Below are positions 36,850-49,600 of a DNA stretch of 64,000 bases, in pieces. Source of the DNA: Selaginella moellendorffii (taxonomy: Eukaryota > Plantae > Lycopodiophyta); NCBI RefSeq assembly GCF_000143415.4, contig NW_003314283.1, forward strand, positions 320,752 through 384,751, given 5' to 3'. A model generated the notes under the pieces. The model ran no database searches. It saw nothing but the letters and a program-made list of their open reading frames with translations, and was not told the origin of the DNA. Both the position numbers and the translations under genes were made by a program. Position 1 is the first letter of the stretch. Each line of letters opens with the position of its first letter.

Positions 36850-38245
36850 CACAAAGCTCAACTTACTGGGAACAGTGGAGTATGCGCAGTGAACTCAACT
36901 TACTGGAAACGAACCTTGACATAAATACTGGACGGTGGACTGAGTACTCTTCAGGCATTGGTGCTGGTAATATTTTTCAATGTAATTATTTGGCCACCGT
37001 CCGGCCTGTTCTTTCTGCAGGTATCGATTCCTTCTATGAATATCTGGTAAAAGCCTACATTCTTTTCGGAGGCGAAGAATACTGGGATATGTTTCAGGAC
37101 GCTTACCGAGCTGTCCAACAACATTATAGATACGGTTCCTGGTAAACTATCAGTAAACAGTTCATATGTATTGAAAGAGCTTTATATCAGGTACCATGAC
37201 GCTGATGTGAGAACTGGGAGAGCTACATACTGGCAGTTCACGAGTCTGCAAGCATTTTGGCCTGGACTACAGGTAGGAATTTATCGAGAGTTTTATGTAA
37301 CCTTTTTGTTGCAGGTTTTGATAGGTGATATTGCCGCTGCAAACGCTACCCACAGAGAATTTCTCCGCTTGTGGGAGACGTTTGGTATTTTTCCTGAAAG
37401 GGACTAGCGTACGTGCGTGGATACTTACAATGGTCGGCACCTATAAGACAAAGTCTGGCAGAGATAGCAAATATGGGCTCCACATCTGCAAGTTAAAACT
37501 ATGAGAAACATCAACGAGTGACCATTTCGTTTTGTAGAGTTTTGATCCTGCTTTGCTTATTATCTTTTTTTGTCTCAGATACTTACTTGATGCCGGAAAA
37601 GTCCACCTCACAGAAAGATACTATCCACTTCGTCCAGAGTTGGTCGAGTCCACATTTTTTTTATATCAAGCTACAAAAGGTAAAATAGTAGGAAAAGTTT
37701 TGATTTGATTGTATGTTTTGCTTTTCAGATCCTTGGTATTTGGACGTGGGAAAGAAAATCATGAACTCTATCAATGTGTTTAGCCACGTGCCTGGAGGCT
37801 TTGCTAGTGTCAGAGATGTCATGACTATGAAACTAGAAGATCATCAACATAGTTTTTTCTTATCAGAGACGTAAGTACTCACACCTCCTGCGTGCTGATG
37901 ATCACAAATCCTTTCAACAGGTGCAAATACTTGTATTTGCTATTTGATGACAGCTTCTTGGACGGCAAGAACCATGTTTTCTCCACATCTCTTCCCTGTC
38001 AACCAGTCGTGGCAGCAACAGCCCCGTCCCAAGGTACCAGAGGTTCAATCTCGCAAACATAAGTAGCGTTTGTGTGTTTTGACAGATATTGTCAAGGCTA
38101 TGACTATTTTCAAGGCAAAAGCCCATAGACACCAGCACTCTCACATCAAAGACATGTCCTCACTTGAGCAGAGGAAGTGTGGAATTGGCATGCCACATCC
38201 CAGACACTAACGCTGACTACCGATGCGTTTCAAGGTCAGACTGTA
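36850..38245 (+). pseudogene. GH47 class I alpha-mannosidase (MNS5/EDEM-like), 3' half only
   Basis: Intron-containing exons SSGIGAGIDSFYEYL, SLQAFWPGLQ, YPLRPELVEST and HSFFLSETCKYLYLLF. The N-terminal half is absent and the TEGHP motif is reduced to FSTSLP. Confidence 0.8.
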
Positions 38246-39980
38246 AGAGGTTGTGTAGTTTTGCCAGTTATTGCTCATGACAAGATCACCAAAAGCATAT
38301 ACAAATTATTTTCTTCCCAGAAAAAATAAGTATAGTTTTGCTGAAGAAGAAAGAAAAAAAGAAAAAAAAGCTATGGGTCATATGTAGCAATATTTAGTTT
38401 GTTTAATAGTCAATTGATTAAATAAATTTAAAATTATATTTTGCGAGTGCATGGAATATGGAAAGGGAATATATAAAATATGCATATCAATTAGCCTAAA
38501 AACCCTAGATTATATATAGGAGCGAATGGTCCAGATTAAAACTAATCTAACAGCTATCAAAATCCCACTATGCTAATATTAATATATAGCATCATAGTCA
38601 TACACCTAAACTTTATATCATCCCCTTCTCTCAGAATAATGGAAAACTATCAAAGTTCTCTTGTAGATGGGCCAAGATCTGGAGGAACATCAAGAGGAGG
38701 CATTGGCAGATTTGTAGATAGCCTCGATTGTTCTTGATCCCTTTGTATAAAACATTTTAACCGCTGTACATGCATAATTTTTGAAGGATTAGTTTGTTAG
38801 ATGTCATGCTGAATCTCATAAATTTGCGGTCCAACTTGCCGCAACACTTAATACGGTCCTTTCCACTAAGCAAGAAGCCCTTTAGACAAACCATATACTA
38901 TAAGATGGGGAAAATGGACTAACACCAAGTCATCCATTTTATACTCCGCAAGTGGACGATGATGGGAGTTGTAGTGCCATTGTTGTCCTACTTGTATACG
39001 GTCTAAGTGTTTGGTAGACTCTACTCGGACAAGTGGAAGAATGTTCGTCAAGTACTGATCCCCACGATGTAGCATTGGCAGCTCATAGCAATCGCGAAAG
39101 CAAACCCAGCTCCATTGGTAATATTGGATCATAACCATATAGAAGTTTATATGGTGAAGCTGCACCCCTGTGACATATGCATACCGAAAAGATAACAAAT
39201 AACCATCCCAATCCGAATGCTGAAAGTTCATGTACTTCGCGATCATTCTTTTGAATGTCCGAACAAGCCGTTACACCAAACCATCTGACTATGGATGATA
39301 AGCACTTGTGAAAGTGTGGCATATCCCCAACTGAGACATCAAAACATAAAATGCCTCAGCCATAAATATAAGACCATTATCTAAAAGAATTCGTTCCAGA
39401 CAAGAATGCTAAAACACCATTTGATTGAGGAGGAAGTATCCAATAACAGTTGCAAAAGCGCTAACAAGAGCACCAACTTCCACCTAATGAATCAAGTAGT
39501 TAGAAGCAATATAACATATTCATTGCCAGTAGTCAATCATGGAAAAAGTCCCATAAGGTTAAATGCCACCAACTCAAATATACAGGAAATTGCAATTGAC
39601 TCCAACCATCCTTCCGTAGCACGAGGGGGAGTATTATGAACTTGGCACCAAATGCAGCTACGCACATACCAGATAACATCACTTTGCATCTCCGGCCAAT
39701 AGAAAAACTTGCTCAGCTTCTTAATCACACGACGATGTCCCATATGTCCACTTAAAATAGGAGAATCATGGTAGGCAAAGAGAAACTATGGAATAAAGAC
39801 AAAAGGCACCACCAACCATAAAAGTGTAAGTGACTAATTTTTACATTTTACTTTAGTCACTTAACCGCACCTTCGACCACTTGGAGGAGTCTCATTCACA
39901 ACTTCCATAAGTCCCAGTTAAGACTTGGGGCTTGCTAGCCCCGGAAATGGCATCTATACCACTCCACCTTTGCACTTAAT

Positions 39981-41076
39981 TGTAAGAGACTAAATTTTCC
40001 ATTCTACTTTAGTCACTTAACCACACCTTTGACCACTTGGAGGAGTCTCATTCACCACCTCCATAAGTCCAATCCAGGACTTGGGACTTGCTAGCCCCAA
40101 GAATGGCATCCATGCCACTTAACATTTGCACTTGGTCCAAGTGCTCCACGTGTCCGATCCCATGACCGACACTCAAAGGTACCACCGACATAGCAGCCCG
40201 TCACGCTAAGGCCATGCCCAATCACCTTTGCCACACTGGTAGTCCAATACCACTTGCATCACCGTCTTGGCTCTCCAAGACTAGGCAAACCATCCGTGAG
40301 TGGTCATCTCAGATCCACTCCTTAGCATCCTTAGGATGCCCACCGACAAGGGGAATAACCTTCCCTAATATCCCTCTGTCAGTTCCCACTAAGTCCCTTT
40401 CTGCCCCTGGCCGTGTTTGCCAACACTGCCACTGGATCGAGACCCACAAGCCCGACCACTAAGTCCCACGGTCCTCTGGGACTTCCTCACCACACGACTG
40501 TGTCCTTGGTCACTGCCCCAGAGGACTGTTCCTCTTCCTTTCCACAGTCTGGGCCTTCGGGACAACATTTCGGAACACCGTGGCCTTACGCGAGCCACCT
40601 GGGTACTCTCCTCGCCTTTCGCCTTTAGGTGCTCTAGCCATGGGCTTAGAGCGGGTTCCGTTGAGCCACACCAGGTATCCAAGTAGGTAGTGCCACCCAC
40701 ACTTGGACTGGGAGCATCGGCCAGTCGATCTCCCGGGGGAACTAGAGCCGGCTCTTGAACACTTCACCAAGCTACCCCGCTTGTCGGTCCATGTTCACTC
40801 TAGTCTTGGACTTCCCAGTGGGCAGCTCATCACCCAACATTGGGTCCGGCCTTCCTAGGCCAAACTGGCCTTTCCTGGCCAAACTGGCTCCACTGCAGTC
40901 CTCCCCCTACTATACTTTTGGAGCTCACCAAACCCCCTAGGGTCTGGGAGACGAACGCTTTGGGCTTTCACCCTCTAAGGCTCCGGACTCGGACTCGGAC
41001 TCGGACTCGGACTCGGACTCGGACTCGGACTCGGGCTCGGTCTCGGCCTCGGCCTCGGTCTCGGTCTCGGTCCCGA

Positions 41077-41108
<32 letters not shown>

Positions 41109-41698
41109 CCGGTCTCGGTCTCGACTTCGGACTCCATCTCGGGTCCATCTCGGACTCCATCTCGGGTCCATCTCGGACTCCATTTCGGGTCCATCTCAGA
41201 CTCCATCTCGGACTCCATCTCGGGTCCATCTCGGACTCCATCTCGGACTCCATTTCGGGTCCATCTCGGGTCCATCTCGGACTCCATTTCGGACTCCATT
41301 TCGGACTCCATTTCGGGTCCATCTCGGACTCCATTTCGGACTCCAACTCGGGTCCATCTCGGACTCCACTTCGGACTCCAACTCGGGTCCATCTCGGACT
41401 CCACTTCGGACTCCAACTCGGGTCCGTCTCGGACTCCACTTCGGACTCCAACTCGGGTCCATCTCGGACTCCCACGTGTCATGTGTTGGCCCTTTTGGGT
41501 CCCTTTTTGGAGCCTCGCCTTTTGCTCGCTTCGTGCTCGTTCCTCGAGCACTTCGTTGGGAGTTCCACTCCCGCTCTTGACTTTTCAAGTCGGAGCTTTT
41601 GGTCCAAACGTGTTACGCTCGTTTGGCTCCCGCTTCAGCCACTACCATGTGGCGCCCTTCCAGCTCCACTTTGGGGCCTAGGGATTTTGTGTCTCACA
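39981..41698 (-). mobile_element. Solo LTR, family A, inserted in a family A LTR
   Basis: TG...CA termini; TSD TTAAT at 39976-39980 and 41699-41703. The host LTR resumes in register. Confidence 0.92.
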
Positions 41699-41901
41699 TT
41701 AATCCAAGTGCTCCACGTGTCCGATCCCATGACTGGCACCCCAAGGTACCACCAACATATCGGCCTGTTACGCTAAGGCCATGCCCATTCACCTTGGTCA
41801 CACCGGTGGTCTAACGCCACTTGCATCATAGTCCCATCCCTCAAAGACTGGGCCATCTGTCTATGAGTGATTATCCCAGATCTACTCCTTAGCATCCTTA
41901 G

Positions 41902-43023
41902 TGTAGCGCACGTGGTTTTGACCCTTTATCCTATGGTAATTTACTATAGGATAACACCATGAAGCGGAACCTAAACCCTCTTTGTGCCACATGACAGATG
42001 CCACGTGTCCATAGGAACCCGAGGTTCAGGGCCTTGGGCCACTGAACGAAGGAACGGTGCCAAACTCCCAAGCATGGAGCCAAGGAGTGATGGAACTGAA
42101 CCACGGAGCAACTCCCGAGCATAAAGCCCAAGGAGTGAAGGGACAGGGGCCTAGAGCGACTTGGAACAGTCCTAGAGTAACCAGCATCCCAATGCCAGAA
42201 CTAGCACGCAAAATGGAGCCAAACGGAGTCTGGCGCTATTTCAGCATACCGGTGGCCTAACGCGAGGACATGGATACTCCACCAACTAGCATGGAATGGA
42301 ACTTGGGCTTAGACCCAAGCCGGACGCAGAACAAAGACAGGCACGCAAGCGGGAGCTAGACTATGCCTCATGTTGGTCGGCCATGCCCGACCTACCCACT
42401 ATCCCTACTATACATTTGGAACCCCCTATAGCCCCCCCCCCCCCCTTGAGGAACACACGCTTTGGCCTTTCACCCCAAGCCTACCCTTAGTACCAGGAGT
42501 TAGTCTATGGGACAAGCTTGAAACTTACTAAATATGGAATGGCGCTAGATTGCGAATTTGGACACGGGATGAACACCATTGTGTTCAGGACGATCTCTAC
42601 ATTCCGTAGATATGCCAAATGGGTAAATCTGGACACTTTCCATAAATAGCATTTGGGACTGAAATGAGACTAACACAAAGGGCATGATAGCGAGGGTGTT
42701 TGGCAGACACGGTAAGCTATCATCCAGCGATATTGAGGGACCAATTTCAATACGCGAGGGTTCTTGTCAAGCCAGTGCAAGACAGAGCAAAAGAGAACTA
42801 AGAGCCAGGCCGAGTATGCTCAGCTAGAAACACATAGGAGTTCCTACCTTATGTCCATCTGGCTAAGTATAGGTGTTAAGCCCAGTAAACTAACACTTGA
42901 ACAAGAGGGGCTAACAAAGGGAACCAGCAATACCGATCTCCTGCCATTGTGGCAGTAAGGTAAGAGTGTCCGTAAGGACTGGTCGACAGGTAACTTTCGA
43001 TACCCGAAGTCACATTCGCGACA
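41902..43023 (-). mobile_element. Solo LTR, family B
   Basis: TGTAGC...GCGACA; TSD CTTAG at 41897-41901 and 43024-43028; homologous to 12875-13898. Confidence 0.9.
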
Positions 43024-46000
43024 CTTAGGATGCCCACAAACATGGGGAATAGCCTTCCCCAACAACTCTCTTCTAGTCCCCACCAAGTCCCTTTTTGTCC
43101 ATGGCTGTGTTTGCCAACACTGCCACTAGATCAAGGCCTGCAGGCTCAACCTCTAAGTCCCACTAGCCTTTGGGACTTTCTCACCATGTGACCGTATCCT
43201 TGGTCACTGCACTAAAGGACTGCTCCTCTCCCCTTTCACCATTTCGGACTTTGGGACAATATTTCGGAACACCGTGGCCTTATGCAAGCCTCATGGGTAC
43301 TCTCCCCACCTCCTGCCTTTTGGTGCTCTAGCCATGGGCTTAGAGCAAGGTTCTATTGAACCACACCAGGTATCCAAGTAGGTAGTGCCACCCATACTTG
43401 GACTAGGAGCATCGGCCAGTCGATCTCCTAGGGGAACTAGAGCCGGCTCTTGAACACTTCACCAAGCTACCCCGCTTGTCAGTCCGTATTCACTCTAGTC
43501 TTGGACTTCCCAGTGGGCAGCTCATCACCCAACATTGGGTACAGCCTTCCAAGGCCAAACTGGCCTTTCCTGGCCAAACTGGCTCCACTGCAGTCCTCCC
43601 CTTTACTATACTTTTGGAGCTCACCAGACCCCCCAGGGTCTGGGAGACGAACGCTTTGGGCTTTCACCCTCTCAGACTCGAACTCAGACTCAGACTCAGA
43701 CTCGGACTTGGACTTGGACTCGGGCTTGGGCTCGGTCTCGGCCTCGGCCTTGGTCTCAGTCTTGGTCCCGGTCTCGGTCTCGGTCCCGGTCTCAGTCTTG
43801 GTCTCGGTCTTGACTTCAGACTCCATCTCGGGTCCATCTCGGGTCCATCTCGGACTCCATCTCGGACTCCATCTCGGGTCCATCTCAGACTCCATCTCGG
43901 ACTCCATCTCGTGTCCATCTCGGGTCCATCTCAGACTCCATCTCAGGTCTATCTCGGACTCAATCTCGGATCCATCTCGGACTCCATCTCGGGTCCATCT
44001 CGGACTCCATCTCGGATCCATCTTGGACTCAATCTTAGATCCATCTCGGACTCCATCTCGGGTCCACCTCGGACTCCAACTCGGGTCCATCTCGGACTCC
44101 ACTTCGGACTCCAACTCGGGTCCATCTCAGACTCCACTTTGGACTCCAACTCGGGTCCATCTCGGACACTTCCACGTGTCATATGTTGGTCCTTCTGGGT
44201 CCCTTTTTGGAGCCTCGCTTATTGCTCGCTTCGTGCTCATTCCTTGAGCACTTTGTTGGGAGTTCCACTCCCGCTCTCGACCTTTCAAGTCAGAGCTTTT
44301 AGTCCAAACGTGTTACGCTCGTTTGGTTTTCGCTTCGGCCACCACCACATGGCACCCTTCTGGCTCCACTTTGGGGCCTAGGGATTTTGTGTCTCACAAC
44401 TCCACCACCCATAGACGAAGTTCGATGTCCTCATGAATAGTAAACCCTTTCATAAAGTAACACCCACACGTGTTACCATTTCCATCCTTGGCACTCAGCC
44501 AATATTTGTCTATGGTTTGACACCAAAGGCTCACCATGCTTTGTCCATCCTCTAAGGAGCATAGCCTCTCCAACTTAGAGGCTCATTCGACCACTTGTGC
44601 TGGTTCTCTCCTTTTATTGGTTTATTTCTCACTAAACTTGTTAGAGACACCTTCTCTAACTCGATCACACTACTCATTCTTGAGTGGTCTCACTTTCCAT
44701 CGATATATCCCTTGCACTTTGGAACTTTTAATTCTGATTTCTCGAAATCAATTTCCTGGGTGTCTCTGACACCTTGCATTGCACATATTGTGCAATTCCA
44801 CTTCCTCATCCTAGGAAGTTCTCTACTTGAGGGCACCATCATCCTTTGTTTGATTTCATGCCACCTTTGGCACTAAGTTCCAGTTATCATATTTTGTGCT
44901 AGGGCTGTCCATGGCCCTATCATTTGGCTACCTTATTGCTCCCACCCTTAGAGCTTCTACTTTCGCCAAATCGGAGCAATAGGGAATCCATCCTTGGGAA
45001 CACATTGCCTTTCTGACAATCCGTTAGCACCTAACACCTTAGTGTTCTTGGCTTAGCTTTGCCATTTGGATTCTTTCTCATGATTCCCATGGCTCTTTGC
45101 TTAGCCACAGTCTTTTGCTCCTATCCTTGATTGTTGCACCTAGCAACATAGGATCGTTACCTTCATTTTCGAGGTATCCCTTTGGTTCCATAGCAAAGAC
45201 TCTTCTTTGCCAAGTCTGAAGGATGTTCACCCCTAGTATGTCTTTTTAGCATCTTTTGCTATGGGCTCTATCCACGGCCCAACTTCGTGACCCTCCCATG
45301 GGTCTCTTATAGAGACTACTTTCCTCAAACTCACTATGCCATCGCATGGACACAACTTATTTCCCTTAGGTTCTCTTCCCACTTGGTCATTTTTACCAAG
45401 TCACACCATCTTAAATAATTCAAATCAACATTTTGAACCAGGAACTTCATTCTTTAGCCAACCAAGGACCTTGTCCTTATTTGGCCATAAGATCACTTAG
45501 TGATCTCACCTTGGCACCTTAACAGAGTTGCCAAAAGGTACTTGGTCTTCTAGACCTTCAAGTTGTTGACCATAACCCCGGGGGCATCCCCCACACTTGG
45601 CGGTGCACTCAAGCTAGCCCTTACGGCCAAGGGTCCATAGCAATTGAGATTAGGTGTCCCCATCTCACTCACCACATCTTTGGTGCCACTTGCACCAAAG
45701 CGTTCAAGTTAAATATGCCGAGCTTTCACACTAAGCAATCTAACCGTGCATCACGACTCCGAGGCATCCCTCGCTTGGCGGTGTGCCCAAACCAATCTCC
45801 CCACTGAGAGTCCATGACCACCGAAATATGAGTGTCCTCATATTCCAAACCATCACTACGCCCTAGTGATTTGGGACTCGAACCCAAGCACTAGAGGGTC
45901 GGGACTCGAACCCAACCTCCATATATGCATCTACGGACGGCATCACACAAGATGCCTGGCGTGACTCCCCACGCCGGTGCACCAACTTATATTTAAAGCG

Positions 46001-46188
46001 CACTACAGATCACAGCTTAGGAATCTAGTTCCTCCGCACTGCCAAGTCCTCTCACTTGACAAGCCTGTGATCATGTATGGACTCCTCCATGCTCAGCTCC
46101 ATGGGCCACCCCTTTGAAGTTGGCTCCTTCAACTAGGGTATTCATTCCCCCCGACTTGCTAATCTCACTTAGCAAGTCATCTGGCCAC

Positions 46189-46212
46189 AAGCTCTATTTC
46201 GTTAAAGTGGGA
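46189..46212 (+). repeat. Left TIR AAGCTCTATTTCGTTAAAGTGGGA
   Basis: Exact reverse complement of 58567-58590. Confidence 0.97.
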
Positions 46213-46630
46213 ATTGTCATTATCCCACTTGTAAAATAAGGTTTCTAAACCTTTATATAGTATATAAATATAACAAAATTCAACTGCATTGAGGCACATG
46301 CCATTTTATTTTAAACAAGGAAATGTCTACTCAATCACTTCTCCTCCCTCTGCCACTGCTTCACCTCTCTCTTCTCCTTGTCATCGTCGTCCAATTTCTT
46401 TCCATCCTTTTAATATTGGCTCAGTTGCTCCGAGTCTAGGTGGAGCCCAAGTCCCCATTCAATCTTTACTTTCCCCTTATTAATAAAACAACTTCGTAGA
46501 CTTCCAATAACATGCTGTAACACTTCTAGTATAATGCAAATCCTCTCAAAGAATTGTCTTTTAATATTAATACAATGGCATGGAACCCCATGCCATAATA
46601 AGTTACATTTTTAAATAAATACATGCCATC

Positions 46631-49600
46631 TCAGACTGTTATTTTTTGCCTCCAACGCCTATACAATAATCTTGGAATTTCATCACTCTCCACACTATCA
46701 GGATTTAAACCCAATAGTAATGCCATCTCTTCTCTAATACGTCCACGCTCATGTTCAATGGTCGAAGAACCCATCCGGTTGAGCAGATTATGGAGATGCG
46801 GATAGTGCTTGGCTAGACAATATACATGCCATAAATGATGACTGGTGTCTGTCCGATCAAATGGCTTCTGATATACCGTTCCATCTGCCATTTGGTTGAT
46901 TTCTGCAGCCACCTCCTGGACTGGCCGGTTCTCTATCACCATCGCTTCAAGCCGTTTTGCAAGGTCCCCCAGAACATACGGTTTCTTCTCCCTAGTTTCC
47001 ATATTGCAAGAGATGGGGTGCACTGCATATGTGTGCGTGTTCGCTGCAGTTTTAATCGGCGAGTCATCGATGATGAGGATTTCACTTGACCTAGCAGTCT
47101 GGTTCATCACTACAGCCTCTGGCTTGACGAAGATGGGCTTGCTACCCCTCACATGGACCATAGTCAAGCAATTCTCCTGCGTTAGGAGAAAGTCAAATGG
47201 TAATATTACTCGCGTCTGATCGTGCATCATCTGTAGCAACGTTAATGCATTGTGGCGCATCATGGATGTCCAAACTCCCAATTGCAAATTGAACCCGGCC
47301 CTCTGTTTTAAGTGTCGCATGGTCATTATTAGATCCCGCAGTTTCTCCCGTGTGATTAATGTGAATCTGTCTCTTTTGACCAACTTGCGACCGCAGGCTT
47401 TGGAGGGTGCAATGACATTCGAGGACGAGCCACGCTCATGGGAGAAAAGGACACCGTTCAGATCAAAAACGATACAGTACTTTCGCCGTGACTCTGAAAT
47501 GAAATGCGTCAGCATAAAAAATGGTACAAGTCAATTTTACCATCTACAATATTAGCGAATGGTGCTCCCGATGGTCGTTCAGAGGGTTTTGGTCGAGGAA
47601 ACGTGAAGGGCGGAAATACTCTCCTCTGCAATGTGGGGTCAATCGCATCCGATGGCGTGTGGGCACATGCCATAACAGCTGTAGACTCTGGTACAACTGG
47701 CTCAACAGTGGTATGGGGTGGTTCCGATGGCGTGTGATCACACGCCATTTCAGCTGGTGCCTCCGTTGGCAAAGTGGACATGACTGAACAGGCAGCAGGG
47801 GCGGTGTAGGGAGGTTCCAACGGCGCGTAGTCAGATGATTGGGCACACGTTGAGTCCGTTGGAAATGAGGATACGACCGGCTCGGCGGCTGGGGCGGCCT
47901 CATACGGGTCCAATGGTGCCTGGTCACCGTATCCAACTGGTCAGTTGGATACGTGGACAAGATTGACTCAGTGGTATGGGTAGCATCAAGTGGAGCGTGG
48001 TCAGCTTGCTTGGCGTTGATATGGATAGTAGCCTCCACCAGCTCTGATGACTCTTGCAGGCAAGTAGAGTCCACTGGCAGATCCATATGCATGTCCAAAT
48101 ATCTCCCTTCGATTGAGATGGTATCCTCCCTACTGGCTACTAAAAACAAACTCATTAGCACATTGAATCGACTATACTGTATTTACCATCAACTGCTATT
48201 GGGTGCATTGCTGATTCTGAAGGATTGGACATACGTTTCCACCCTTGCTTGGCACTATCCTTCCTCGACACTAAAGGCTAGAGTTTGTATCTTAATTCAA
48301 CTGAATAATCTCTACTTACCATTTCTTCTGCGACCTACATGGACAATGTTAGAAATGGTAAAAGGTTAGGAATGGATGTACTATTATTTACCTGATGGTT
48401 TGTCTTGTATGACCTTCCTCCGCTGCTCTTTGGCCACCTTAGGCTGGCCATCGTCGTCATCATCGTCGTCGTCGTTATTGTGATCGTCACCATTGTGAGG
48501 ACCATCCAAGTCCTCTTCGTCCTCCTCTTCTTCGTCCTCCTCTTCGTCCTTCTGCTCTTCCTGCTCATTATCTTTCTCTGGCTCCTCATCCCCCTCCTGC
48601 ATTTCTTCCATAGGCTGCTCAGGCTGGATGGCTTGTTTTTCCAGGACCATCTTGGGAAAATCATCTGGCCGAGTCTCCATCTCAAAATACAAGACATCCA
48701 TAGCCTGTTTCAGTGCTTGACCTAGGACCGTATCCTCACCCGACTGTCTTAACATGGTTTCTGCACGTTCTTGCACCCTTCGAAGACGACGAGATGAGAA
48801 AAACTTGGCCCTAACTTGAAAAGCATCCCTCATCCATTGTACCTCTCCATTGAGATTGGGGAAGGGGAGTCCGCCATAGGAATCTGAGTCAGGAGGTGGT
48901 GACTGGCTCCTTTCACTCAGCCCTTGATCTGCAATGAATGGCATGAGCACACACGCCATAACCGCGAGGCATTACCTATCATCTTTTGGTTGCCCTTCTT
49001 CCTTTTTGAATCAAACGCCTCTGATCCCGACGACTGTCCAACGTGCTTTCGCTTTTTATGACTACTGTCAGTTTGAGCTTGGCTGGTGCTTGCCTGTTTT
49101 GCCTTTGAAGAAGTGTCTCCTGCAAGGAATGGCATGAGACCACACGCCATTGCAAATATAATTTGTACCTCCTTTTTTCCTATTGCTAGCCGGCGGTCGA
49201 CATCCCTCTTAATGAAATTTGGATACTGATCCAACTTCTCAGCTTTACTTTTCGTGGCATCCCGCAGCAGATCGATGAACTTGGGGGCCCCCTTCACGTA
49301 CTCGTCGATGTCTTCATTTGACAAGTCCAGCTCTTCCATCATCTCTTGCGTGGTGTCGATGCTCACCCTCTCCACGGCCACTTGCTCGAAGATCCAATCC
49401 TTCAATAGCGCACGAGCTCTCAGAGTCATGCACAAGTCCTCGTATGTCACAATATGGCCGGGAGTCATTTTGGTCTTGTTGAAGACTACCTCACCACGTA
49501 GAAGAGCATTAGCCACTGTCAGAAGGTCGTCGTCGTCTAGAGACCGCGAGAAACGCAAGGCGTTGAGCTTCAAATCATTGGGCTTCCGGCCGTCCTCCAC

